Shown here in pieces: positions 47,374 through 56,316 of a stretch of 64,000 bases of DNA. Source of the DNA: Candidatus Zhuqueibacterota bacterium (GTDB lineage Bacteria; Zhuqueibacterota; Zhuqueibacteria; Residuimicrobiales; Krinioviventaceae); NCBI GenBank assembly GCA_016928775.1, contig JAFGKD010000094.1:9504-73503 (forward strand), read 5' to 3'. The translations under genes were made by a program, and so were the position numbers. Every line of letters starts with the position of its first letter. Position 1 is the stretch's first letter. The notes under the pieces are model-generated. The model was not told the origin of the DNA and made no database searches. It worked only from the letters and a program-made list of their open reading frames with translations.

Positions 47374-50300
47374 TCACTCCAAATCCAATTCGGAAAGGAC
47401 ATCTTCTAAAACGTTCCCCGTACCACTCTTCGCATGGATATGTATCGATTCACGGCTATAACCGTCCCCGGATTTACTGTGCTCAACAATATCCCGCACA
47501 TGTTGAATATAGCTGTTCGCAAGCGCTTTGATGGTTTCGGCTTTATAGATTTTGTCACTAAAAAGAAAGCTCATCTGCAATTGATCCTGGACAATTTTGC
47601 CACTCACAAAAATTCGGAACGGTCGACGGCTGTTCGGATCACGTTCATCACGAGATTGCTCATCCGATACGCGAAACCGCGGATCATTCGCCACGTGTTT
47701 AAACTGACCTAAATAATTAAAAGCGACTTGCGGTTCCGGGATGGCCGCCAATTTTGTCGTTATATCAGTGTCCGAGCTGAGATAGCGCGCCAAACCATAA
47801 TAAAAACCGTTTTGCGGAACGGCAGCCAATTGCGCTTTGACAGCCTGGACTTTTTCCGAGAGCGTACCGCTGCCGCTGATATCCAGTTGCACCGGATACA
47901 GTGTCGTGAACCAGCCAATGGTTCGGGAAATATCAATATCTTCAAATAGATCCTCACGTCCGTGCCCTTCGAGCGCAACGCGTAGTTCTGGCTCGCCGGT
48001 CCACGCCGAAAACGCCGTAACCAGCGCAGTCAGGAGTATATCAGTTATTTGCGTTTGAAAAATCCTCGGTACCTCCTGTAACAGAGCGAACGTTTCACTC
48101 ACGGACAACTCGACTGTGAGACTTTTTGTGGATGCTTCCACATCTTCTCCCGGAAAATCAACCGGTAGATCAACGGGGCGCGGCGCCTTCAACCACGGCG
48201 CAACGACCTCATTCGCCAGCGAATCGGCATGCTCGCGCAATTTTGTCGCCCATTGCTTGAATGATGTCGTTTTGGCCGGCAACTGAATCTCCTGGCCGTT
48301 CACCGCAGTATCATAGGCGTGCACAATATCTTCCAATAGAATACGCCATGACAAGCCGTCAATGGCCATATGATGAATGGTGATGAACAATTTATCCGGG
48401 CGCCCTTCCCCCATGTTGAAATAAGCACAGCGGAAGATTGGTCCGTGCATCACATCATGGTTGGATTGCAGCTCGCGCATATGTACTTCCAGCGCCTTGG
48501 CCGCCTCGGCATCAGAGAGCGACATCAAATCAAAAACCTGAAACGGTACATTGTTTTCCGGTCTTGTTATAAACGCAGACCATTGATCTGCCTGCTTGTT
48601 GAAGCGAAGCCGAAGAATGTCATGGTGCTCTATAACTTTGACGATTACTTTTTCCAATAGATCGGTGTTGAGCGAGACCATAACATCCAAGACCAATGAC
48701 TGGTTCCAGTGGTTCACATTGGCAAATCCCTGTTCAAAAAACCAGTGCTGGACGGGGGTCAACGGCACATCACCGGTGACAAGACCTTGTTCCGCATCAA
48801 TGTGAATCCCGATCCCGGCATGCGCGGCCAGGCCGCGGATCGTTGGCGTAGTAAAAATCTGTTTAGGAGAAAGTTTCAAACCGCGCTGAAACGCGCGCGC
48901 GATCACCTGAATGCTGAGAATCGAATCACCGCCGAGCTCAAAGAAATTGTCGTCGATACCAATATCTTCGACACCAAGAACCTGTTGCCACACCTCGACC
49001 AGCACTTTTTCCGTCTCGGTTGACGCCTCCGCATAGTCGGATGCCAGGTCCGAGCGTTCAATCTGCGGCCTGGGCAAGGCCTTGCGATCAATTTTTGCAT
49101 TGGGGGTGAGTGGAAACTTGTCCAAGACGACAAAATAGGACGGGATCATATAGTCCGGCAAGCGCGGCAGCAAAAAGTCGCGCAGTTCAACTGCAGTTGG
49201 TTTTTCCTCGCCCACCAGCGTGTAGTAACTAACCAGACGCTTGTCGCCCGGTTCGTCTTCACGCACCAAAACAATGGTTTCCTTGATGGCGGGGTGCTCT
49301 TTCAGATTCGCTTCGATTTCGCCCAATTCCATGCGATAGCCGCGCAACTTGACCTGATGATCCAGGCGACCGAGGAATTGAATATTGCCGTCTCGCATAA
49401 ACCGCCCGAGGTCGCCGGTACAATAGAGACGTTCACCGTTGTCAGAGAACGGATTGGGGATAAATTTTTCCGCTGTCAACTCCGGACGATTCCAGTAGCC
49501 GCGCGCCAAACCGTCGCCGGAAATACAAATTTCGCCCACAACACCAATGGGCACAGCGCGGCGATTCTTGTCGAGAATATAAATCTGTGCATTGGTCAAA
49601 GGTTGTCCGATGGTCGGCTGGTCTGGAGCGTGATTGACATAACAAGTGGTCGCATCAACCGTGCATTCGGTGGGGCCGTACATATTGTAAATCTGAGTGC
49701 CGCATGTTTGCAAAACCCTCCAGGTTGCTTCGTCGATTGCTTCGCCACCTGGCAGCAGCGCCAGAGGCTTCCAGATGTCTTGTTCAAAAAGCCCGGCGTT
49801 CATTAATAGCTTGAGCTGCGAAGGCACGCAGTCCAGAACATCGATTCGATGATCCTGAATGTAGCACAGAAGTGCCTCACCGTCTGTGCGCACATCCGCC
49901 GGAATGATGCAGAGGTGGTTACCACGCAATAAAGTGACCAATTGCTGTACTGAAGCATCAAACAACAACGGCGCGTTAAGACTGGCAACGAGTTGGCGCT
50001 CCGGCAGATTGGTGTAGATTTGATCCTGCAAGCCGACGAAAAGATTGTATGCCGAGCGCTGCGAAATCATCACACCCTTGGGTTTGCCGGTTGAACCGGA
50101 TGTATAAATAACATAGGCGATATTATCCGGCGCGGACAGATGCACCGGATTTGTACATGGATATTCAGACAGTTTTTCACTGTCGCGATCGATGAGAAAA
50201 ACCTGCTGATTCGAAATCGGTAATTGATCCACAACATGCGATTGGGTGAGCAGATGCGCAAGTCCGGTGTCCGCAAAAATAAACTCGAGTCGTTCTCTCG

Positions 50301-53300
50301 GATAATCCGGATCGAGCGGCACATAACCGGCGCCAGCCTTGAGGATGGCTAAAATAGCAACAACCGAATCCACCGAACGCGTCATGCTCACACCGACGAG
50401 TGATTCCGAGCCCACACCGTGCTTGCGTAGATAATGGGCACATCGGTTGGCACGTTCATTCAATTCGGCGAACGTTACTTGATTATCCTGATCAGAAACG
50501 GCTAAACGATGCGGTGTCCTGTCCACTTGTGCTTCAAACAACGCAGGAAGACAAATGTCCTCCGGCAAGGATTTGCGGTTGCTGTTGAAATCACAGACAA
50601 TCGTATGATAATCAACAGTATCGAGCAAAGTCACATCCCCGACCGGCATGTCGGGATTGCTTGTGAGATTGTGCAGCAAAATTTCGAAATGGTGCACCAA
50701 AGACTGTATGGTCGATTCGTCAAACAGATCGGCGTCGTACTCTAATTGGCCGCGCAGTGTGCCAAAACGTTCGACCATGCTCATGGATAGATCAAACTTG
50801 GCAGCGCCGCTGGAAATCTGGAAGACCGACAGCCTCACGTTTGTGAGCTCGAGACTCTCTAATGCCGATTCCTGCATAGCGAACATGACCTGGAAAAAAG
50901 GCGTATGTTGGGTGTCGCGTTCGGGTTGCAGGGCATCGACCAGCTTTTCAAACGGAATGTTTTGATGATCGTAAGCCTCCAGCGCTGCATTCTTGACTTG
51001 CCGTAAAAGTTGTGCGAATGAAGGATTATCGGATAAATCCGCTCGCAGCACCAGGGTGTTGACGAAAAATCCGATGAGCGGTTCAATTTCCTTGCGCGTC
51101 CGGTTGGCGATTGGCGTGCCCACCAAAATATCGGTCTGATTGGCATAGCGGGCAAGGAGTACCTGAAATGCCGCCATCAGGGTCATAAAAACAGTAGTGC
51201 CGTGGTCACGACTCATTTTCTTAATCGCCTCCGACAGCTCTTTCGAGAGATTGTAAATCACTTCACGTCCCTTGTGCGTCCTGGTCATGGATCGAGGATG
51301 GTCTGTGGGCAATTCCAGAGCCGGCGGCACATCGGCTAATTGATTTTTCCAATAGGACAATTCAGTCTCAAGACGCTCGCCCGAAAGCCATTGGCGTTGC
51401 CAGGCGGCAAAATCAGCGTACTGCACAGTGAGTGGCGGCAATGTCAATGGTTTCTTGTGCAGCAGCGCTTCATGAATTTCCGTGAACTCACGGATAAAAA
51501 CATTCACCGACCAGCCATCGGAGATGATATGATGCATGACAATCACCAGCACATATTCTGTGATCGCCAGACGAATCATTTTCGCGCGAATCAGCGGACC
51601 GTGCTGCAAATCAAAAGGTTTGGCAGCCTCGGCATTGGCGATCTGCTGCGCCAAATGCTCACGATTCTCACCAGCATAGTCGCGCAAATCGACTAATGGC
51701 AATTCGATTTTTAACGCCGGACGTACAATCTGCCGCACGCGACCATCCGCCATAGTATCGAACGTCGTACGCAACGTCTCGTGTCGCTCGATGATAGTGT
51801 TCAAGGTCAATTCAAACACACCCAAGTCGACATCACCCAACAAACGTACAGCTATCGGAATATTGTATTGATTATTACCCGGTTCAAACTGATCGAGAAA
51901 CCAGAGGCGCTGCTGGGCAAACGACAAGTGCAGGTCTTTGTCGCGCGGAACGCGGGCAATGTGCACAACTTTATCAGCCTCGCGCAATTGTTCGGCCAAA
52001 TCTTTTTCCACCGGATAGCCAAACTGCGCTGCCAGGTCCCAGCCAATGTCGCATAAAAAATCATGCTTGTGAAATGTTTTCCATTTATCCGCCACGCTGG
52101 TGTTGATATTTTTGTGCAGATAAAATTTAAAATCTCCGACCATTTGCACATTCTTTTGTACGCCGTCGGTCATCTTTTTGCCTTTGTACGGTTCCAGCAT
52201 GGCGGGCTGGAAGTCGATGCCCAAAAATTTGCACATATGTTCAAGCTCGGCCTGCGGATTGAGCAGAATATCCTCAAAACGCACGCGATGTTGACGCTCC
52301 TGCGGCACATCCTGCAGAAATGCCAAAATATTTTGATTGCTGATAATCCAGATGATTTCGGCCAACTCGCGTCGCGTAAAAGCATGCTCATAGCGAAAAA
52401 AGTTCTGATCCAGCTTGGCTTCGATGAACGAATAAATCATTGCGTAAGGATGGCGCACGAGATGAATATAATGTGCATCCGCAAAATTTTCCTCCGCCCG
52501 CTTGAGAATGTGCGGATCGAACGGATAGGTCGGCGTTTTATCGACAAGCAATCGACCGCCCAAAAGAAGTTGTAGTTCACGATAAAATTCTTTGGTCGAC
52601 AGATTACGCTCCTCATACGCACTCATCAATTGTGTCGCCTCATCGACAGCACACTGTTTAAGCTCCATCAAGGCACGTACGGTCGCCTGCAGCCAGATTT
52701 CCAGGCCTTCCTGGGAAAAGGCAGCTTTGCGTTCCCGCAATGTATTAAAGGTGAGCAGGTCCAATTCCGGCGGCGAGAAGAGCTGTGAATTGCCGGCCAA
52801 CATGACGCGCAGCAATGTCGAACCGGAGCGCGGCGGCGACAGCACAAATACTGCTTTGCTGTTTTTCGGCATGGATTTGATATTTTCCGGTTGTGGCCGC
52901 AGGGGATTGATCAAATCGCGAAATTTCTGCAATTTATTTGCATCAACCGTCACGTCAATCCTGGATTCATCAACGGCCACCTCAAAGTGATAGTCTTTTG
53001 TCGCCTCTTCGCCAAACCTGGATTTTACCTGGTCCGTATAATACTCAGCGATATACATGGACAGCTCGTCGATGGTGGGGGCCTTGAAAACAGCGGCGAC
53101 GTGCGCGGATTCACCCAGGTCTTTTTGCAGCCGATTCATCAGCACCGCCGCCTTTAGCGAATTGCCGCCCAGATCGAAAAAATTATCGTGGATGCCAATT
53201 TTTTCAATGCCCAGCAGTTCTTGCCAGACACCAGCTAAATAAGATTCCAGTTTGTTCCGTGGCGCAACAAAATCGCTGCCGCGCCTTTCAAGTGAGGTCG

Positions 53301-56300
53301 TTGGATCCGGCAAAGCTTTCTTATCGACCTTGCCATTCGGTGTGAGTGGCAGCGCCGCAATCGATACAAAAAAGGTCGGCACCATATAGTCCGGCAGTTT
53401 TTCCAGGAGTGACGTTTTGAGCCGGCCGAGGTCAAGCTCGACGTTTTCGCACGGCACCACATAAGCGACAAGTTGTTTTTCGCCGAGCTTGTTGGCCCGC
53501 GCTAACACCACCGTGTCGGAAATCAGCTCATTCTGCTTGAGCAACGATTCTATTTCCCCCAACTCGATGCGGAATCCGCGGATTTTGACCTGCTGGTCGA
53601 TCCGCTCCAAAAATTCAACAGAACCATCGGTCGTGTAGCGCACGAGATCGCCGGTTTTGTACAAGCGATCACCGGTCACACCAAATGGATTTTGAATGAG
53701 TTTCTCGGCGTTTAATTCCGGACGATTCAAATATTCGATCATCAAACCATCGCCGCCGAGATAGAGCTCGCCCGGCACGCCAACCGGACAAATATGGAGA
53801 TGCCTGTCCAGCACATAATGTATTGAATTGGCAATGGGTTTACCAATAGGAACATTATTCACCCAATCGTCGTCAACTCTGATTTCGTAAAACGTAGAAA
53901 AAGTTGTATTCTCGGTTGGACCATATACATTTAGCAAATGCTGGGGCGGTTCATGGTTTATTGCATGCCTGGTTGCGCTTGCATCAGCCGCTTCGCCGCC
54001 AAACATCATTGTTTTCAGCGATCGAAATGCGCCCGGAATTTCATTTGTCATCTGGTTAAAATAGGCGACCGTCAAAAACATTGCCGTGATGTTTTCGGCC
54101 CGCAACCGCTCGACAAAGGTTTGCGAAGACAGCATCACCTCTTTGCTGATACCGACGAGTCGTGCGCCGGTTAAAAAAGCGCCCCAGATTTCAAAAGTAG
54201 CGGCATCAAACGCCGCATTGGAAACCTGCGCAATAATGTCTTCCGGAGTAATAGTGATGTAATTGGTCTTGATCACCAATCGCGTGATCGCACGATGCGG
54301 CACGACAACACCTTTGGGTTTTCCGGTGGAACCAGACGTGTAAATGATGTACGCCGCAGCCGTCGCCTCGACATGAATGTTCGGATTAGTTATCGGCTGC
54401 GCTGCAATCCTTTCCCAGTCCGCATCCACGGCAATACGGGAAAAATCGCCCAACGGCACCTCATCTGCCAATTGACGCTGCGTCAATACGACCGGCGCCT
54501 GGGTATCGTCCAACATAAAATCAATTCGCGCCGCGGGATAAGCCAAATCGAGCGGCACATAACACGCCCCGGCTTTGAGGATCGCCATGATGCTCACGAT
54601 CATGTCGACCGAACGTTCCATATATATCGCCACTCTGGCCCCGGGCTGAACGCCTATATCGATCAAATGCCGAGTCAGTTGATTTGCTCTTTCATTCAAC
54701 TGACGATAGGTTAATATGTCGTTTTCATACTTGACTGCGACAGCATCAGGTGATTTTTCGACCTGTTCCTCGAACAGGGTGTGCACAGCCCGGTCTCGCG
54801 GATAGTCCGTTTGGGTGTCATTCCATTCGTGTATAATCTGATGCTGCTGTGCGGTTGTGAGCAGTGAATATTTGTCAATTGTATACTCCGGATGTTGCGC
54901 AATGTGACGAAGCAGGGTGAGATAATAAACCGCCATCAATTCAACAGTCGAGCTCTTGAATAGCTCGGTGTTGTACTCGATGGTGCACTGTATCGTCTCA
55001 TCTTTGTCCATCAGCAAAAACAGCAGATCAAACTTGGCGGTCTCGAGCTCCATTTCATAAATATCCATGTTGATATCGGACAGCGACATGGCCTTGAGCG
55101 GCGAGGTTTGCAGATCAAACATGACCTGGAAAAGTGGCGAATGGCTCAAATCGCGATGCGGCTGCACGGTTTCGACGATTTTTTCAAAAGGGATATCCTG
55201 GTTCTCGGTCGCCAGCAGGATGTCGTTTTTCACCCGCTTGAGCAGATCAATAAAGGTGATCTGTTCAGAAAACTGCGCGCGCAGGGCAATAGTGTTGACA
55301 AAAAAACCAACGATGGATTCCAGCTCCTTGCGAAAACGATTGGCAATAGGCGCACCAATGCCAAAATCCTCTTGCTGGGTATATTTGTAAAAAAACAGCT
55401 GTGTCGCGGCCATCAGCGTGTTGAACAGGGATGATTGTTGTTCACGGCTCAACTGTCGCAGCGCTGCCGTGGTCGCCGCATCCAATTCGACTTTGAAATG
55501 GTCACCTTTATGAGATAACACGGACGGACGCTGAAAGTCAGTGAAAATCTCCAGAACCGGCGGCATGCCGTGCAGATAATTTTTCCAATAGACCAATTGT
55601 TTGTCGAGATTGTTAGCCGATACTTTATTGTTTTGCCACTCGGCGTAATCGGCAAACTGTAACATGGGTTCCGGCAACGGCGAAGGTTTGTTGCGACGTT
55701 CCGCTTCGTACAATGTCAAAACTTCCTGCAAAATGATGCCGATTGACCAGCCATCCACAATGATGTGATGCATATTGAGCATCAACACATGCTCGGTTTG
55801 GCTTTTGCTGAGCAGAAACGCGCGCAGCAATGGCGCTTCCTGTAACTGAAAGGCCGTTGCAGCGATTGTTTTGAGCCGGGAAGCGATCTCACCTTCCACA
55901 CTTTCCGCTGCCACATCGGACAAGTCAATGCGCTCAAGAGGGATATCGAGCTGCGCATGTACCTTTTGCTGCGGATTGCCGGTATCATCAATGATATAAC
56001 AGGATCGCAGAATTTCATGTCGCGCCACAACTTGATTGATCGCTTTTTCCATGGCACCAGCATCGATCCGTCCGTTTATCGTGACGGCAGAGGGCACGTT
56101 GTAAAATGCACTGCCGTGGTCGAGCTGATCCAAAAACCACAGCCGCATTTGCGCGGCTGACATGGGATAGGCGTCATGATCGGTCCGCTTGGTGATTCGT
56201 TCTTTCGGTGTCGCCGCCATTCCCTTGAGGCGCATTTTTTTACGCAGTAACTCTAGTTGTTCAGGCGACAAATTTTTCAGTTTTTCAGATATATTCATGG

Positions 56301-56310
56301 GTATTCTCAA
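47374..56310 (-). CDS. NRPS B (2978 aa): C-A-T-[sulfotransferase domain]-C-A-T-E with an N-terminal docking peptide
   Basis: Residue-by-residue count. Docking head EKLKNLSPEQLELLRKK. C1 has HHIIVDGWS at aa 181-189. A1 spans aa ~500-1005, with A3 AAYIIYTSGSTGKPKG at 54340, A4 AAFDAATFEIWGAF, and an atypical A6 LYLGGDGLMIEYLNRPEL. T1 is FFDLGGNSLKAA (aa 1045-1054). The sulfotransferase domain spans aa ~1105-1445. C2 has VMHHIISDGWS at aa 1592-1600. A2 has A3 IAYVIYTSGSTGKPKG and A4 LLFDASVQQLV. T2 is FFELGGDSILSIQ (aa 2456-2468). The E domain has LTPVQHWFFE, HHMAIDGLSW and LEGHGRE. A3-to-A3 spacing in this protein is about 4245 nt, against about 3.2 kb in every other protein. Confidence 0.9.
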   Translation of the reverse strand: MRIPMNISEKLKNLSPEQLELLRKKMRLKGMAATPKERITKRTDHDAYPMSAAQMRLWFLDQLDHGSAFYNVPSAVTINGRIDAGAMEKAINQVVARHEILRSCYIIDDTGNPQQKVHAQLDIPLERIDLSDVAAESVEGEIASRLKTIAATAFQLQEAPLLRAFLLSKSQTEHVLMLNMHHIIVDGWSIGIILQEVLTLYEAERRNKPSPLPEPMLQFADYAEWQNNKVSANNLDKQLVYWKNYLHGMPPVLEIFTDFQRPSVLSHKGDHFKVELDAATTAALRQLSREQQSSLFNTLMAATQLFFYKYTQQEDFGIGAPIANRFRKELESIVGFFVNTIALRAQFSEQITFIDLLKRVKNDILLATENQDIPFEKIVETVQPHRDLSHSPLFQVMFDLQTSPLKAMSLSDINMDIYEMELETAKFDLLFLLMDKDETIQCTIEYNTELFKSSTVELMAVYYLTLLRHIAQHPEYTIDKYSLLTTAQQHQIIHEWNDTQTDYPRDRAVHTLFEEQVEKSPDAVAVKYENDILTYRQLNERANQLTRHLIDIGVQPGARVAIYMERSVDMIVSIMAILKAGACYVPLDLAYPAARIDFMLDDTQAPVVLTQRQLADEVPLGDFSRIAVDADWERIAAQPITNPNIHVEATAAAYIIYTSGSTGKPKGVVVPHRAITRLVIKTNYITITPEDIIAQVSNAAFDAATFEIWGAFLTGARLVGISKEVMLSSQTFVERLRAENITAMFLTVAYFNQMTNEIPGAFRSLKTMMFGGEAADASATRHAINHEPPQHLLNVYGPTENTTFSTFYEIRVDDDWVNNVPIGKPIANSIHYVLDRHLHICPVGVPGELYLGGDGLMIEYLNRPELNAEKLIQNPFGVTGDRLYKTGDLVRYTTDGSVEFLERIDQQVKIRGFRIELGEIESLLKQNELISDTVVLARANKLGEKQLVAYVVPCENVELDLGRLKTSLLEKLPDYMVPTFFVSIAALPLTPNGKVDKKALPDPTTSLERRGSDFVAPRNKLESYLAGVWQELLGIEKIGIHDNFFDLGGNSLKAAVLMNRLQKDLGESAHVAAVFKAPTIDELSMYIAEYYTDQVKSRFGEEATKDYHFEVAVDESRIDVTVDANKLQKFRDLINPLRPQPENIKSMPKNSKAVFVLSPPRSGSTLLRVMLAGNSQLFSPPELDLLTFNTLRERKAAFSQEGLEIWLQATVRALMELKQCAVDEATQLMSAYEERNLSTKEFYRELQLLLGGRLLVDKTPTYPFDPHILKRAEENFADAHYIHLVRHPYAMIYSFIEAKLDQNFFRYEHAFTRRELAEIIWIISNQNILAFLQDVPQERQHRVRFEDILLNPQAELEHMCKFLGIDFQPAMLEPYKGKKMTDGVQKNVQMVGDFKFYLHKNINTSVADKWKTFHKHDFLCDIGWDLAAQFGYPVEKDLAEQLREADKVVHIARVPRDKDLHLSFAQQRLWFLDQFEPGNNQYNIPIAVRLLGDVDLGVFELTLNTIIERHETLRTTFDTMADGRVRQIVRPALKIELPLVDLRDYAGENREHLAQQIANAEAAKPFDLQHGPLIRAKMIRLAITEYVLVIVMHHIISDGWSVNVFIREFTEIHEALLHKKPLTLPPLTVQYADFAAWQRQWLSGERLETELSYWKNQLADVPPALELPTDHPRSMTRTHKGREVIYNLSKELSEAIKKMSRDHGTTVFMTLMAAFQVLLARYANQTDILVGTPIANRTRKEIEPLIGFFVNTLVLRADLSDNPSFAQLLRQVKNAALEAYDHQNIPFEKLVDALQPERDTQHTPFFQVMFAMQESALESLELTNVRLSVFQISSGAAKFDLSMSMVERFGTLRGQLEYDADLFDESTIQSLVHHFEILLHNLTSNPDMPVGDVTLLDTVDYHTIVCDFNSNRKSLPEDICLPALFEAQVDRTPHRLAVSDQDNQVTFAELNERANRCAHYLRKHGVGSESLVGVSMTRSVDSVVAILAILKAGAGYVPLDPDYPRERLEFIFADTGLAHLLTQSHVVDQLPISNQQVFLIDRDSEKLSEYPCTNPVHLSAPDNIAYVIYTSGSTGKPKGVMISQRSAYNLFVGLQDQIYTNLPERQLVASLNAPLLFDASVQQLVTLLRGNHLCIIPADVRTDGEALLCYIQDHRIDVLDCVPSQLKLLMNAGLFEQDIWKPLALLPGGEAIDEATWRVLQTCGTQIYNMYGPTECTVDATTCYVNHAPDQPTIGQPLTNAQIYILDKNRRAVPIGVVGEICISGDGLARGYWNRPELTAEKFIPNPFSDNGERLYCTGDLGRFMRDGNIQFLGRLDHQVKLRGYRMELGEIEANLKEHPAIKETIVLVREDEPGDKRLVSYYTLVGEEKPTAVELRDFLLPRLPDYMIPSYFVVLDKFPLTPNAKIDRKALPRPQIERSDLASDYAEASTETEKVLVEVWQQVLGVEDIGIDDNFFELGGDSILSIQVIARAFQRGLKLSPKQIFTTPTIRGLAAHAGIGIHIDAEQGLVTGDVPLTPVQHWFFEQGFANVNHWNQSLVLDVMVSLNTDLLEKVIVKVIEHHDILRLRFNKQADQWSAFITRPENNVPFQVFDLMSLSDAEAAKALEVHMRELQSNHDVMHGPIFRCAYFNMGEGRPDKLFITIHHMAIDGLSWRILLEDIVHAYDTAVNGQEIQLPAKTTSFKQWATKLREHADSLANEVVAPWLKAPRPVDLPVDFPGEDVEASTKSLTVELSVSETFALLQEVPRIFQTQITDILLTALVTAFSAWTGEPELRVALEGHGREDLFEDIDISRTIGWFTTLYPVQLDISGSGTLSEKVQAVKAQLAAVPQNGFYYGLARYLSSDTDITTKLAAIPEPQVAFNYLGQFKHVANDPRFRVSDEQSRDERDPNSRRPFRIFVSGKIVQDQLQMSFLFSDKIYKAETIKALANSYIQHVRDIVEHSKSGDGYSRESIHIHAKSGTGNVLEDVLSELDLE
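47440..48800 (-). other. Epimerization domain of NRPS B (approximate bounds)
   Basis: It is preceded by an E-type T domain (GGDSI). Motifs are PLTPVQHWFFEQ, HHMAIDGLSWRIL and LEGHGRE. It occupies the C-terminal ~460 aa. Confidence 0.75.
51976..52998 (-). other. Integrated PAPS-type sulfotransferase domain inside NRPS B, between T1 and C2
   Basis: About 340 aa. The 5'-PSB loop VFVLSPPRSGSTLLRVML lies at about 52810..52836. The 3'-PB region KTPTYPFDPHILKRAEENFADAHYIHLVRHPYAMIYSF lies at about 52447..52539. It shares these motifs with the stand-alone sulfotransferase at 11192..12313. It is flanked by an intact T domain upstream and a C domain downstream (LHLSFAQQRLWFLDQ). Confidence 0.8.
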
Positions 56311-56316
56311 GCAAGT

